A stretch of 24,000 bases of DNA from Rhodococcus sp. ACT016 (GTDB taxonomy: Bacteria; Actinomycetota; Actinomycetes; Mycobacteriales; Mycobacteriaceae): positions 835,579 through 859,578 of the forward strand of contig NZ_JBEAET010000001.1 in NCBI RefSeq assembly GCF_050477185.1, read 5' to 3'. This document shows, piece by piece, positions 22,857 to 24,000 of this stretch (position 1 is its first letter; the number at the start of each line of letters is the position of its first letter). The translations under genes and the position numbers were made by a program. The notes under the pieces were generated by a model. The model saw only the letters and a program-made list of their open reading frames with translations, did no database searches and was not told the origin of the DNA.

Positions 22857-22883
22857 CTGTTTTAATCTAGGGAATTAGAACAG
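22857..22883. promoter_or_regulatory. AT-rich imperfect palindrome in the DUF1214/tetR divergent spacer (candidate TetR operator)
   Basis: CTGTTTTAAT-ctagggA-ATTAGAACAG: 9 of 10 arm positions are complementary around centre 22870. It lies in an 85-bp spacer that is far more AT-rich than the surroundings. Confidence 0.4.
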
Positions 22884-22926
22884 ACGGGTGGACGATGCTC
22901 AAGACCTGGCGCAGTAGGGTGTCGGC

Positions 22927-23568
22927 GTGCCTCGCGACGCGACATCCACCAGAGAAAGCCTGATAGCGGCGGCTGAGAGGCTGTTCGCCCGGCGCGGCGT
23001 GGAGGGGGTCGTCCTCAGGGAGATCAACCGTGAGGCCGGACAGCGGAACATGTCCGCGATCCACTACCACTTCGAGACACGCGACAACTTGCTGGACGTG
23101 ATCATCGACCGTCACTCCGCGCGAGTCGATGCTCGCCGCGTCGCGCGACTCGACGCGCTCTCCGGCAAGCCGGGCGTCCGCGCGCTGGTCGAGGCAATCG
23201 GACTGCCGCTGATCGCCGAGTTGGAGACCGAAGCAGGGCGCAACTACCTGCGCATCCTCCTGTGGGTTCGGCACCGAAACAGAGCTCGCGAGCTCGGCCC
23301 ACTGCCAGTCGCCGAGCCGGCGGGCCTCGCGCGATGCTGGGACGGACTGATGGAGCACCTCGACGCACTACCTGAGCCGGTGGCTCGCGAACGTCTTGCC
23401 GCGCTCGGCGACCTCTTGTCGGCCGCCCTTGCGGACCGCGCACGCCTCATCGAGGACAAGATTCCGATGGCACTCGCCGACAAGGACTTTCCTACCGCGG
23501 TGATCGACATGCTCACCGCCCTCGTCGCGGCGCCGGACACCACCAGGGCGGTCGGTGAGTCGGCATGA
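22927..23568 (+). CDS. TetR/AcrR family transcriptional regulator
   Basis: 213 aa with GTG start. N-terminal TetR HTH: TRESLIAAAERLFARRGVEGVVLREINREAGQRNMSAIHYHFETRDNLL. Confidence 0.9.
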   Translation: MPRDATSTRESLIAAAERLFARRGVEGVVLREINREAGQRNMSAIHYHFETRDNLLDVIIDRHSARVDARRVARLDALSGKPGVRALVEAIGLPLIAELETEAGRNYLRILLWVRHRNRARELGPLPVAEPAGLARCWDGLMEHLDALPEPVARERLAALGDLLSAALADRARLIEDKIPMALADKDFPTAVIDMLTALVAAPDTTRAVGESA

Positions 23569-23589
23569 CGACACCCTTCAGGAATGCCG

Positions 23590-24000
23590 TCAGTCGGTAG
23601 CAGGTAAGTCGAGTCGCAATCGCGCACCGCCGAGCGGACTGTCGGTCAGTTCGGCGGTGCCCCCGTGTAGGGACGCCTGCTGCGCGATGAGTGCGAGTCC
23701 CAGACCGGAGCCGTCGGGATGTGCCGACGAGCCGCGTGCGAACCGTTCGAAGACCGTCGTCCGCTCGTGCTCCGGAACACCGATTCCGTTGTCGTCGAAT
23801 GTGATCGTGGCGCCACCGGAGTCGGGGGAGACGGCGATCTCGATGCGATCGGCGCGGCCGTGCCTGACCGCGTTCGTGACCGCGTTGTCGAGGACCGACC
23901 GCAGCCCGGACGGAAGCCCTCGCATCGGCATGGCCGCGGGTGCGGTAAGTGCGATGGTGACGTCCGGCAGGCGCCGGGACGATTCCTGGACGCACCGGTC
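23590..24000 (-). CDS. sensor histidine kinase, C-terminal HATPase_c part (5' end beyond the right edge)
   Basis: The track shows 23590..23931, but the frame stays open to 24000 (..DRCVQESSRRLPDVTIALTAPAAMPMRG..). N box LDNAVTNAVRHG, G1 FDDNGIGV, F box FERFARG, G2 GSGLGLALI. Confidence 0.85.
   Translation of the reverse strand, partial: DRCVQESSRRLPDVTIALTAPAAMPMRGLPSGLRSVLDNAVTNAVRHGRADRIEIAVSPDSGGATITFDDNGIGVPEHERTTVFERFARGSSAHPDGSGLGLALIAQQASLHGGTAELTDSPLGGARLRLDLPATD

Overview
High-GC (about 70% from hand counts of individual lines) actinobacterial chromosomal DNA. Gene content and order look like Mycobacteriales/Corynebacteriales (Rhodococcus/Nocardia/Gordonia-like); no species call is possible without a search. 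The backbone is the conserved housekeeping neighbourhood known from M. tuberculosis (metS <> tatD ... rpfB-ksgA-ispE): metG (partial) <> tatD, a pirin, two tandem rpfB paralogues, rsmA/ksgA, then ispE and an ABC-F ATPase. Between rsmA and ispE lie about 10 kb that are absent from the M. tuberculosis arrangement. This stretch holds a Cys-rich lipoprotein, an orphan family-5 solute-binding lipoprotein, and a minus-strand copper operon (copZ, an uncharacterised two-repeat His-rich exported protein, and a P1B-type copA). The copper operon is preceded by two TACCC-N5-GGGTA (CsoR/RicR-type) operators, but no csoR gene is present. The stretch also carries cspA with a long leader, a SnoaL-like gene, and a WYL regulator divergent from a DrrAB-like ABC-2 exporter. 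Right of the ABC-F gene lie a tight SnoaL-like/VOC/PdxH-like trio, an ECH_2-type enoyl-CoA hydratase/hydrolase, a lower-GC DUF1214-like secreted protein divergent from a TetR regulator, and the 3' part of a sensor histidine kinase. I saw no rRNA, tRNA, CRISPR array, transposase or integrase. Many long ORFs in the track are antisense or alternate-frame artefacts of high GC. All family calls rest on motifs I recognise in the translations; no database search was run. The most interesting items are the uncharacterised exported protein translationally coupled into the copper operon, the regulator-less CsoR/RicR operators, the tandem RpfB pair with its structured leader, and the interruption of the rpfB-ksgA-ispE unit.
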